A stretch of DNA of 64,000 bases, from assembly GCA_964412105.1 (NCBI GenBank), contig CAYPNM010000006.1, positions 28,233 to 92,232 of the forward strand, given 5' to 3'. A program made the position numbers and the translations under genes. The notes below the pieces were generated by a model. That model had not been told where the DNA came from. It worked only from the letters and a program-made list of their open reading frames with translations, and did no database searches. Within the stretch, counting starts at the first letter, position 1. The number at the start of each line of letters is the position of its first letter. This DNA comes from an uncultured Ignavibacteriaceae bacterium (lineage in GTDB: Bacteria > Bacteroidota > Ignavibacteria > Ignavibacteriales > Ignavibacteriaceae). Shown in pieces: positions 28,323 to 36,678 of this stretch.

Positions 28323-28933
28323 CGTTTCTCTAATAAGAAAAAAGTATGATAGGTATTCTCTTTGGGAGTAAAAGACGCAGCTATCTTAAATTTATTTTTT
28401 ATTATACCCTTAATTTTTTTTGCTTGATAACCCTTCTTTCCAATTTCCCAGTAATGCTGCCCATCAAACTCGTGGGATCTATAAAGCTTTGGAATAAGAA
28501 TTTTTATGGTAGTTGTGCCAAATATTGGTAAACATATTTCGAACAATATTTTATGATTTGCATACGGCAAACTAATAAAAACATACCTCGAGCTAACCCT
28601 TTTCAATTCATCAAGCAGTTTAGCAAATTTTTCAAATGGTAAATGCTCTAAAACCTGGAAGCAGCCGACCAGATTAAATTCATTATCTTTAAATGGAAGT
28701 TGCTCAACAGTAGCAATTACATTAGGAGTTAAATCATTACTTAGGTCTACATTAAAGTATTTAATATTTTCAGGTATTAATTTCCTTAAGAATCCGATTC
28801 CTCCACCAATTTCAAGAAAACTTTTAGGATTTAATTTCTCAACATATTTTAACTGGTAATAGTAAGATGCAAATCTTTCTTTAGTGATATATGTTTCAAA
28901 ATCGTAATGAGCTTTTTCTACCTGAATTTTCAT
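28319..28933 (-). CDS. class I SAM-dependent methyltransferase
   Basis: SAM motif I FLEIGGGIGF, and FQVLEHLPFEKF. Confidence 0.8.
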   Translation of the reverse strand: MKIQVEKAHYDFETYITKERFASYYYQLKYVEKLNPKSFLEIGGGIGFLRKLIPENIKYFNVDLSNDLTPNVIATVEQLPFKDNEFNLVGCFQVLEHLPFEKFAKLLDELKRVSSRYVFISLPYANHKILFEICLPIFGTTTIKILIPKLYRSHEFDGQHYWEIGKKGYQAKKIKGIIKNKFKIAASFTPKENTYHTFFLLEKR

Positions 28934-30210
28934 CTCATCTTTCTCAAACCGTTATAAATTAAATAAAAAGTTATAATTTTATTCGTAATTGACGTAATCA
29001 AGGTTGAATAAATAACTCCCATAAATCCATAATATCCTATAAATAGAATTCCAAGCCCAATATTCATAAATCCGAAAGGAATTGTCAACAAACTATATTT
29101 GGCTTTTCCAGTTGCAATAATAAATGGTTGAACAATAAATCCAGAAATAAGTAATAAAGGGAGATGAACAAGCAGCAAATTAAACATTTTAATAAAATTG
29201 GGAGTGTAATATTTAACGAGGAAAAGTTTTATTAAAGGAGGAAAAAGCTGCCAAAGAAATAGTGTTATAATTATTGATAACGGGAAAGCGATTAACAGAC
29301 TTTTTTTAAATTGGCTAAGAACATTATCATATTTGGAAAGAGTGATTTTTTCTGTAACTCCGGGGGCAATTATTTGGCCATAAATAATAAAGGGAAAAGA
29401 AAGCATAACAAATATTTTATCAATTATTTCATAATAACCTACCTCTGTGAAATAATTGAATTGACCAAGGATGTAAGTGATTCCTCTTGAATAAAGAAAA
29501 TAACCAATAGCTGAGATACCAATAATAAATGAATATTTCCCAACCTCTGATATTATTTTTTTATCAAATTTAAAGCTAAATAGTTTGAAGCTGGAGCTAA
29601 AAAGAATAAAACTAGTAATATAATAGAAGTTTAAGGATAAAAATGCTCCGATTATTCCGAATCTAGATATAAGAATATAAGTCGCTCCGACAGTAATTGT
29701 TCCGGCAATTAATGAAATTATGGAAAGTTTCTTAAATTGTTTTAATCCACTATACACTCCATCGAATAAAGATGTAAGAGGCAAAAAAATAAAAACAGGT
29801 GTGAGATAGTAAACATAATGATAATTCTCTCCGACAATTACTTTTGCAAACAAAAGAAATATAGAGCTGAAAATAATTATCAGAGTCAAAATTATAAGAG
29901 CTGAATTGAAATAAATCAATTTAACTTTAGAGGGGCTTTCAGTGTTATATTGGGCAACAAATTTTGTAACTGCTCTTGATATTCCAAAATCGGCAAGCAA
30001 AGTAAAGAAATAGGTAATTGCCACTGTATAACTGTAAATTCCGAAATTTTCGGAGGAAAGAAGCTTTGCTGAAACAACTAAAATTAAGAAAGTAATCCCC
30101 TGTCTGCTGGCATTTTGGATTGCCCGCCAAATAAAATTTTTAATCGTGACCGGGTGTTTCTTAAGTAAGTCTAACAATAATTTATGTGAAAATATTTCTA
30201 AATTAAGCAT
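28930..30210 (-). CDS. wzx: oligosaccharide flippase (Wzx / MOP superfamily)
   Basis: 426 aa with about 12 TM helices. Position and pattern are typical of polysaccharide biosynthesis flippases. Confidence 0.75.
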   Translation of the reverse strand: MLNLEIFSHKLLLDLLKKHPVTIKNFIWRAIQNASRQGITFLILVVSAKLLSSENFGIYSYTVAITYFFTLLADFGISRAVTKFVAQYNTESPSKVKLIYFNSALIILTLIIIFSSIFLLFAKVIVGENYHYVYYLTPVFIFLPLTSLFDGVYSGLKQFKKLSIISLIAGTITVGATYILISRFGIIGAFLSLNFYYITSFILFSSSFKLFSFKFDKKIISEVGKYSFIIGISAIGYFLYSRGITYILGQFNYFTEVGYYEIIDKIFVMLSFPFIIYGQIIAPGVTEKITLSKYDNVLSQFKKSLLIAFPLSIIITLFLWQLFPPLIKLFLVKYYTPNFIKMFNLLLVHLPLLLISGFIVQPFIIATGKAKYSLLTIPFGFMNIGLGILFIGYYGFMGVIYSTLITSITNKIITFYLIYNGLRKMR

Positions 30211-30367
30211 TAAAGTAGTTAAATTATTCTTAAGTTACTGAAAAAATGTTGTGCTGTCTTTGTCGGTATAACGTATCTGGGGGCACTATAGTGCGAGCAA
30301 TTATCCCAAAATATATGAATATTAATATTGTAATTTAAACTTTCTGTGGTGATTCCATGAGCCGTGA

Positions 30368-31126
30368 ATGAAAATATCATCAATTATAATAGCGAAAAAC
30401 GAAGAAGAAAATATTGGGCGATGTATCGAAAGTCAGCTTGACTGCATCGATGAAATAATTGTACTTGTGGATATAACCACAACTGACAGAACCTTTGAGA
30501 TTGCCAAATCCTATCCGAGTGTGAAAGTTCAGGCAGTTAACTGGATGGGTTATTCCAGAACCAAAGAATATGGGGTATCGATAGCTTCTAATGATTGGAT
30601 TTTTTGGATTGACGCAGATGAAGCATTGACTAAGGAACTGTCTCAGGAAATGTTACTCTTCAAAAAGGCTGTCCCTGAGTTTTCGGCGTATTCAATTCCA
30701 AGAAAAGCTTACTTCCTTGGAAAGTGGATTAAACACAGCGGCTGGTATCCCGGGAGGGTTACAAGGATTTTTGACAAAAACAAAGTTAGTTTCAGTGATA
30801 ATGATGTACATGAGCATCTCATAGTTAACGGATTAACGGGGAAACTGAAAAGTGATATTGAACATTATACGGATCCAACGATCCGTCACTATTTCGAAAA
30901 ATTTAATCAATATACTACACTTGCCGCCGAAGAAATGATAAAACAAAAGAAAGCTTTTAAGCTTTCTGATCTTATTATCAGGCCAATCTTTATCTTTAAG
31001 AAAATGTATCTTTTCAAATTGGGTTTTTTAGACGGCATTCAGGGATTTATACTAGCAATATTTTCTGCAGCGTATGTTTTTACAAAATATTGTAAGTTTT
31101 GGGAATTGAAAAAAAACGGTAGATAA
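30368..31126 (+). CDS. glycosyltransferase family 2
   Basis: SIIIAKNEEENIGRCIES and WIFWIDADE (DxD region). Confidence 0.85.
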   Translation: MKISSIIIAKNEEENIGRCIESQLDCIDEIIVLVDITTTDRTFEIAKSYPSVKVQAVNWMGYSRTKEYGVSIASNDWIFWIDADEALTKELSQEMLLFKKAVPEFSAYSIPRKAYFLGKWIKHSGWYPGRVTRIFDKNKVSFSDNDVHEHLIVNGLTGKLKSDIEHYTDPTIRHYFEKFNQYTTLAAEEMIKQKKAFKLSDLIIRPIFIFKKMYLFKLGFLDGIQGFILAIFSAAYVFTKYCKFWELKKNGR

Positions 31127-31132
31127 TTTAGA

Positions 31133-32068
31133 ATGGCAGAAAAATCAGTTAAAAATAAGCTAAAAAGAAATCCCGTAATTGGAATTATTGCAAATACAAA
31201 TAAAGAAAAAGCATTTCGAGTTATTTCTCATTTTGTGAAAAAATTAAAAGAGAATAATTTTCAATATTACATTAGCAACAAAGTTTCTGAATATCAGGAT
31301 AACATTCAGGAAACTTTAAAGAAAACAGATTTGCTTGAGGAAATAGAGCTTTATAAAAAGAGCGATATAATTATTTCAGTAGGCGGCGATGGTACAATGT
31401 TGAATACTACTTTTAATGCACAGTTTTATGATAAACCTGTGTTGGGTGTCAATCTCGGCAAGCTTGGTTTTCTGGTAGAAACGAATGTTGACCAGATTGA
31501 CAAAGTGATAAAAGAAATAAAGGCGGGAAGGTATTCAATTGATGAAAGGATGATAATACGGGGTGAATGTATTGGTCACGAAATGGATCATCTTTTTGCA
31601 GTAAATGATATTGTGATTGATAAAGGCGGCTGGCCTAAAATGATCGAAATTGAAATAAATGTAGATGAAGAATATGTTACAACTTTTTCCGCGGATGGAT
31701 TAATAATCGCGACTCCGACAGGATCAACCGGATATTCTATTTCTACAGGAGGACCGATTGTCAGTCCTAAAGCTGATGTTATTACGCTGAGTCCGATTTC
31801 TCCACATAGTCTGACGATGAGACCATTAGTTCTGCCAAGCAGTCAGGAAATCATTATCAGAACCAGCTCGTTGCATAAAGAAATTCACGTAAATTGTGAC
31901 GGTCAGAGAGTCTTCTCTTTTCCCCCGCCACTTGAACTTAAAATAACAAAATGTAAAAGATCAGCTAAACTCGTTCATACAAACCTTACAAATTATTTCG
32001 AAACTCTAAGACAAAAATTACTCTGGGGCGTAGATATTAGAAACAACTTCGAAAATAATGGGGAATAA
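31133..32068 (+). CDS. nadK: NAD kinase
   Basis: GGDGTML, NDIVIDKG, DGLIIATPTGSTGYSIS. Confidence 0.92.
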   Translation: MAEKSVKNKLKRNPVIGIIANTNKEKAFRVISHFVKKLKENNFQYYISNKVSEYQDNIQETLKKTDLLEEIELYKKSDIIISVGGDGTMLNTTFNAQFYDKPVLGVNLGKLGFLVETNVDQIDKVIKEIKAGRYSIDERMIIRGECIGHEMDHLFAVNDIVIDKGGWPKMIEIEINVDEEYVTTFSADGLIIATPTGSTGYSISTGGPIVSPKADVITLSPISPHSLTMRPLVLPSSQEIIIRTSSLHKEIHVNCDGQRVFSFPPPLELKITKCKRSAKLVHTNLTNYFETLRQKLLWGVDIRNNFENNGE

Positions 32069-32069
32069 T

Positions 32070-32579
32070 ATGAAAATATATCTTGGTGTTTTATTACTAC
32101 TGGCATCTTTGCCGGTTTTTGGGCAGGACGTTAATTTTATCAGTAAGGATCCCCTTAATGGCAAGCCAATGCTTTTAGGAATATGTAACCGTCAAGCATT
32201 TAATGATACATCTTTTTCGTGGTGGTTTAATTCAGAATATAAAATGTATGAAGTTGACTCGACATCTCTTGCTAAAATATCGGATAAGATTAAGAATACT
32301 GATATCACCATTGTAATGGGAACGTGGTGCAGCGACAGCAGGACACTGGTCCCCGAGTTCTATAAAATTTTGGATTACTTAAATTATCCTTCAGATAAAG
32401 TGAAATTAATTAGTGTTGACCGGGATAAAAAGGGGAGGGATGATGAAATTGCCGGGCTAAATATACATCTAGTGCCCACATTTATTTTTTATCATGATGG
32501 TAAAGAAGCGGGAAGGATAGTTGAATCGCCAGCGGAGACTCTTGAAAAGGATATGGTAGTCATTCTTAATAAGGAGTAA
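32070..32579 (+). CDS. secreted thioredoxin-fold protein (single-Cys WCSDS variant)
   Basis: Signal peptide MKIYLGVLLLLASLPVFGQ, then GTWCSDSRTLVPEF in the CxxC position. I prefer the ATG at 32070 (just after the nadK stop) to 32058. Confidence 0.7.
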   Translation: MKIYLGVLLLLASLPVFGQDVNFISKDPLNGKPMLLGICNRQAFNDTSFSWWFNSEYKMYEVDSTSLAKISDKIKNTDITIVMGTWCSDSRTLVPEFYKILDYLNYPSDKVKLISVDRDKKGRDDEIAGLNIHLVPTFIFYHDGKEAGRIVESPAETLEKDMVVILNKE

Positions 32580-32601
32580 CTTTTAAGAATGCATTAAAAT
32601 T

Positions 32602-32628
32602 AAAAAGGCGCTCAATGAGCGCCTTTTT
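32602..32628. terminator. bidirectional Rho-independent terminator
   Basis: Perfect 12-bp stem AAAAAGGCGCTC / GAGCGCCTTTTT with a 3-nt loop. The A/T runs are built into both arms. Confidence 0.85.
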
Positions 32629-32631
32629 AAT

Positions 32632-33792
32632 TTAGCTTTCAACCTCTTCCAGGATTGGCAGTTCGATTTTTGAAATATCAATCTCCTTAACTTTTGATTT
32701 ACCATTCTTGCCAGTGGCTTTACCGGTCTTCCTGGTGTCTGGGTTGTTTTTATCTTTGTAATTTTTGTAAATGTATACTTTGTTTTTGTAATTACGAAGG
32801 ATAATTTTGTCCTCATCGTGATGAACTACATATTCAGGCAGGATAGGAATTTTCCCTCCTCCGCCAGGAGCATCTATAACGAAGTGAGGAATAGCCAGAC
32901 CGCTTGTGTGACCTCTGAGGTTTTCAATTATATTAATTCCAGTTTCTACAGAGGTACGGAAATGATTTGCTCCCTTAGTTTCATCAGCCATATACATATA
33001 ATAAGGACGCACCCTGATTTTTAATAGCTTCTGCATCAATTCTTTAACAACAGCAGGATCATCATTTACGCCTTTCATTAATACCATTTGATTACCAACC
33101 GGGATGCCGGAATCTGCCAGCATTTCACAAGCCTTTGTGCTTTCTGGAGTGATTTCCCAAGGATGATTAAAGTGAGTATTAAGGTAAACAGGATGATACT
33201 TTTTTATCATATTACAAAGTTTCGGGGTGATTCTCTGGGGGAGAACACAGGGCATTTTCGATCCAAGACGGATAATTTCAATATGTGGAATTGATCTCAG
33301 CCTTTGCAGGATTTTTTCCAGCATTGCATCCGTGAGCATTAATGGATCTCCGCCCGACATAATTACATCTCTTATTTCTGTATGCTCTTCGAGATACTTG
33401 AAGGCGCTTTCAAGACCTTTCATTGAGATCTTTTCATAGTCTCCAACTTTTCTTTTTCTGGTACAGAACCGGCAATAAAGCCCGCACTGACTGGTGACAA
33501 GAAAAAGAGCTCTGTCGGGATAACGATGTGTTATATTGGGAACCGGACTCATTGAGTCTTCCATCAATGGATCTTCTTCTCCATCGAAGTCATCAAGTTC
33601 CACTTTATCGGGTACGCATTGACGCCAGATAGGGTCCCCTGGGTATCTGATCAAACTGAAATAATATGGGTTAATTCTTGCCTGGAAAAATTCATCCAGA
33701 TCTTCAGCGACCTTCCGATCTATATTAAATTTTTCGACAAGTTGATCAACAGTATGAATACTGTCGCGTACCATTTGCTGCCATAGTTCCAT
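32632..33792 (-). CDS. kamA: lysine 2,3-aminomutase (KamA-family radical SAM/PLP enzyme) with a basic C-terminal tail
   Basis: CGLYCRFCTRKRK (CxxxCxxC), SGGDPLML, NTHFNHPWEIT, RVRPYYMYMADE, VIDAPGGGGKIP. From memory it is near-collinear with Clostridium subterminale KamA up to the last 45 aa or so. Confidence 0.9.
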   Translation of the reverse strand: MELWQQMVRDSIHTVDQLVEKFNIDRKVAEDLDEFFQARINPYYFSLIRYPGDPIWRQCVPDKVELDDFDGEEDPLMEDSMSPVPNITHRYPDRALFLVTSQCGLYCRFCTRKRKVGDYEKISMKGLESAFKYLEEHTEIRDVIMSGGDPLMLTDAMLEKILQRLRSIPHIEIIRLGSKMPCVLPQRITPKLCNMIKKYHPVYLNTHFNHPWEITPESTKACEMLADSGIPVGNQMVLMKGVNDDPAVVKELMQKLLKIRVRPYYMYMADETKGANHFRTSVETGINIIENLRGHTSGLAIPHFVIDAPGGGGKIPILPEYVVHHDEDKIILRNYKNKVYIYKNYKDKNNPDTRKTGKATGKNGKSKVKEIDISKIELPILEEVES

Positions 33793-33815
33793 GACTGACC
33801 CTCAGTTTGTTATAC

Positions 33816-34289
33816 TTATTGATAAAAATATTTTCCAAATATCATTAAACTATCCCCGACTCTATAAAAATCTTTTATTTCTGCAATTATCGAATAATTA
33901 TTTCTTAAATAGAAATTTCTTGTTTTTAAGTAACTATCTTTTGAAGATGTTTCCGCCAGAAGCCATCTTCCGTTATTTCCTGTTACGAATTTTTCTGCAT
34001 GATCAAGTAATTGCTTACCTATACCTTTAATACCGGATTCTGGATCAGAAACAATCCAGTAAAGATCATAAACAGCATCTGTCAAAGGACGTTTCCCGGT
34101 GCAATGATAACCGAGAATGATTCCGTTATTTTCATAAACAAAAATATTATAGTCGGTCTGCTTTGGAACCGTAATTGCTATATTCACGAGTTCCATTGCG
34201 ACATCGACCTCTTCTTTATTAAAGATCGGAATCTTTTTTAAAATATTTTCAATTTCAATTGCATCAGCCTGCTTTAATTTTCGTATCAT
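33816..34289 (-). CDS. GNAT-family N-acetyltransferase (157 aa)
   Basis: Acetyl-CoA motif A region SGIKGIGKQLLDHAEKF. Overlaps the upstream ligase gene by 26 nt. Confidence 0.8.
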   Translation of the reverse strand: MIRKLKQADAIEIENILKKIPIFNKEEVDVAMELVNIAITVPKQTDYNIFVYENNGIILGYHCTGKRPLTDAVYDLYWIVSDPESGIKGIGKQLLDHAEKFVTGNNGRWLLAETSSKDSYLKTRNFYLRNNYSIIAEIKDFYRVGDSLMIFGKYFYQ

Positions 34290-35325
34290 CTCTCTTTCTG
34301 GTTAAGGCAAAATTTGCAATTGTATACAATAATTCTCCGTATGTAATGCCGGCTGCGGAAGCCGCACGGGCAAAACCTGAATCAGTCGAAATGTCGGGAT
34401 TCGGGTTCACTTCGATTACGTATGGCGATCCATCATTGCTGAGTCGAATATCAACCCTTGCATAGTCTCTGCAGTTCATTGCCCTATAAGCCTCCATCGC
34501 GACAGCCTCAACATTTTTTCTTGTATTTTTTTCAATATCAGCAGGACAGCTGGGTTGCGTATGCTGATAATAAACACTCTCTTCAATCCACTTACTATCA
34601 TAAGTGATAATTTTGGGTAGATTGTCAGGAAGTCCATTAAAAAGGATCTCGGATATGGGAAGGATTTGATCCCCTAAAATAGCGATGTTAAGCTCGCGAC
34701 CCTCTATATATTCTTCAGCTATGACATCCTGTTTATAAGTTTCAAATAAAAATTTTAATTGCTTTGTTAGTTCAGAATGATCATGAACAACCGAAAGCTC
34801 TGAAATACCGATGCTTGCATCTTCAGTCAGCAATTTAAGGATAACAGGAAATTTTAGATTAAAACTTTTTTTCAGGATTTCATCATTTCTTTTTATTATT
34901 TGCGATCTGGGTGTTTGAATCCCGAATGACCGCAAAATATTTTTTGCCCGTTCCTTATTAAGACAATTTCCGAGAGTTATCGGTGTATTACCAGTAAATT
35001 GATAGCCCAGCAGTTCAAAAACTCCTGCAATGCAATATTCATAGCTAGCAATCCCTTCGATTGATTCAACAAAATTAAAGATTGCATCAGGCGATATCTT
35101 ATTTAATTCCGATATTGTTCTTTCTACATTGCTGTTTGCTGCATAAGTCTCAACTTTGGTGAAATACTTTTCCAGACTTTCAATTATTTTATGCAAATCT
35201 CTTTCGAAAGCATTTTCAGAAAGGTCGTTTATTTTGCTATCCTTCGGCGCCGGTTTACCATTGTAAATCGTGAAAATACTAGCCGGAGAATTGTAACAAA
35301 TCAATATTTTAGCATCTGTTCTCAT
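34264..35325 (-). CDS. ATP-grasp ligase, D-Ala-D-Ala-ligase-like family (paralogue 2)
   Basis: KFPVILKLLTEDASIGIS, VIAEEYIEGRELNIAILGD, RDYARVDIRLSNDGSPYVIEVNPNPDIS. The N-terminal domain is atypical. Confidence 0.85.
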   Translation of the reverse strand: MRTDAKILICYNSPASIFTIYNGKPAPKDSKINDLSENAFERDLHKIIESLEKYFTKVETYAANSNVERTISELNKISPDAIFNFVESIEGIASYEYCIAGVFELLGYQFTGNTPITLGNCLNKERAKNILRSFGIQTPRSQIIKRNDEILKKSFNLKFPVILKLLTEDASIGISELSVVHDHSELTKQLKFLFETYKQDVIAEEYIEGRELNIAILGDQILPISEILFNGLPDNLPKIITYDSKWIEESVYYQHTQPSCPADIEKNTRKNVEAVAMEAYRAMNCRDYARVDIRLSNDGSPYVIEVNPNPDISTDSGFARAASAAGITYGELLYTIANFALTRKRDDTKIKAG

Positions 35326-36377
35326 AAAAGTTTATGCCTCTTAGCTGCAACGTATAACACTTTATTTACCATATCGACATAACTGAGTCCAACTGTTCTT
35401 GCCGCTTTTGGAAAACACGAGTTATCCTCAGGATTTGGCAGTATTCCAGGTATTGGGTTTACTTCAATAATATTGGGTATATTGTTTGAATCGAGGCGCA
35501 CATCGATCCTGCTCCAATCGCGGCATCGTAATGTTTTATAAGCATTTAGTACAGTGTTTTTAATCTGTATTTCCAGGTCATTGCTTATTTCTGCCGGACA
35601 GGTAAAAACATCCAGCGGATTTTCTTTTGTGTCCAGTATCCATTTAGCTTCATATGAATAAATTGGAATAAAATCCTCCGGAAAGTCACTAAAATTTATT
35701 TCAACTATTGGCAACACTTCTGCTTCATCGTCATTACCAAGAACTGCTACAGTAAATTCTCTTCCCGGCAGGAATTCTTCGATCAAGGCCGGTTGTGCGT
35801 ATTCCGATATCACCCTGTTAGCTTCTCTTTCCAGTTCTGCATCGCTTTTTACGTATGAAGTAGAAAAAATTCCTTTGCCTGATCCCTCCGAATATGGTTT
35901 TACAATCAGTGGGAACCTTAAATTGTGATTTTTAATCGTCTCAATTTTATCGGCCAGGATAAATTTGGAGTTTGGGATTCCATGATAGGTAAGAATTTCT
36001 TTTGTTCTAGCTTTATCAAGACATGTTGCAAGCGTTAAAGGATCAGAACCAGTGTAAGGGATGTCGAGCATATCAAGCATAGCAGGTATCTGCGCCTCTC
36101 TGCTTATGTTTTTCAGTCCTTCAGCAAAGTTAAAAACTATATCCGGTTGAATTTCTTTAAATTTTTCAAAGGCAAGTTCATTTGCTTCGACTAATTTAAC
36201 ATCATTGTACAGAGCCAAAGCATTTTTTATTGAGTTGATCGTTTCCCAGGTATCCCATTCAGCATATGTATCAACCGCTTTTTCCGGTTGATGTTGCGCA
36301 TTTTTTTGAACAGGGGATAATTCTTGGAGGAAAGTTTCACTTTCTGGTTTAACATTGAATGTAAGAGCGACTTTCAA
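35322..36377 (-). CDS. ATP-grasp ligase, D-Ala-D-Ala-ligase-like family (paralogue 1)
   Basis: TTG start. RFPLIVKPYSEGSGKGI, LIEEFLPGREFTVAVLGN, RDWSRIDVRLDSNNIPNIIEVNPIPGI. ATGA overlap with paralogue 2. Confidence 0.85.
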   Translation of the reverse strand: MKVALTFNVKPESETFLQELSPVQKNAQHQPEKAVDTYAEWDTWETINSIKNALALYNDVKLVEANELAFEKFKEIQPDIVFNFAEGLKNISREAQIPAMLDMLDIPYTGSDPLTLATCLDKARTKEILTYHGIPNSKFILADKIETIKNHNLRFPLIVKPYSEGSGKGIFSTSYVKSDAELEREANRVISEYAQPALIEEFLPGREFTVAVLGNDDEAEVLPIVEINFSDFPEDFIPIYSYEAKWILDTKENPLDVFTCPAEISNDLEIQIKNTVLNAYKTLRCRDWSRIDVRLDSNNIPNIIEVNPIPGILPNPEDNSCFPKAARTVGLSYVDMVNKVLYVAAKRHKLL

Positions 36378-36384
36378 TCGAACA

Positions 36385-36543
36385 TTAAAGAGAGAAGATA
36401 AAATAATTTCTCCTTGCGATGTTTATAACAAATATAACTAATAATACTTTTAAGTCAACAACATTAAAAAACTTTTCAGGAATGTCTTTTGACATCGAAC
36501 CGACAACTTCTTTCGAGAATATTTCTGATAACATGAAAATCAT
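36385..36543 (-). CDS. possible 52-aa ORF ending 7 nt before the first ATP-grasp gene
   Basis: Hand translation gives MIFMLSEIFSKEVVGSMSKDIPEKFFNVVDLKVLLVIFVINIARRNYFIFSL. No good Shine-Dalgarno site. Below the ORF-track length cutoff. Confidence 0.2.
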   Translation of the reverse strand: MIFMLSEIFSKEVVGSMSKDIPEKFFNVVDLKVLLVIFVINIARRNYFIFSL

Positions 36544-36678
36544 TAGTTATAAATTTTATTCACCTCAAATTTATAACTAAAAATATTATTTACAAACAAT
36601 AATTGCAAAATTTTTTTTGGGGTGAAGGGGGTTACTAATCCACTCAGGAAGAGAGGTTGAACCTAAATTTAAAACCTG

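Noticed and set aside
33816-36377. The order two ATP-grasp ligases followed by a GNAT mimics microviridin/graspetide clusters (mdnB-mdnC-mdnD), suggesting a RiPP.
   Set aside because: Both ligases carry D-Ala-D-Ala-ligase-type motifs (E-E-F/Y-x-x-G-R-E-x-x-V/I-A-V/I-L-G) rather than the RimK-like MdnB/C type. No ABC exporter is present. Neither the upstream 52-aa ORF nor any nearby short ORF has a PFFARFL-type leader or a TxKxPSDxE-type core. I kept it only as a low-probability alternative.
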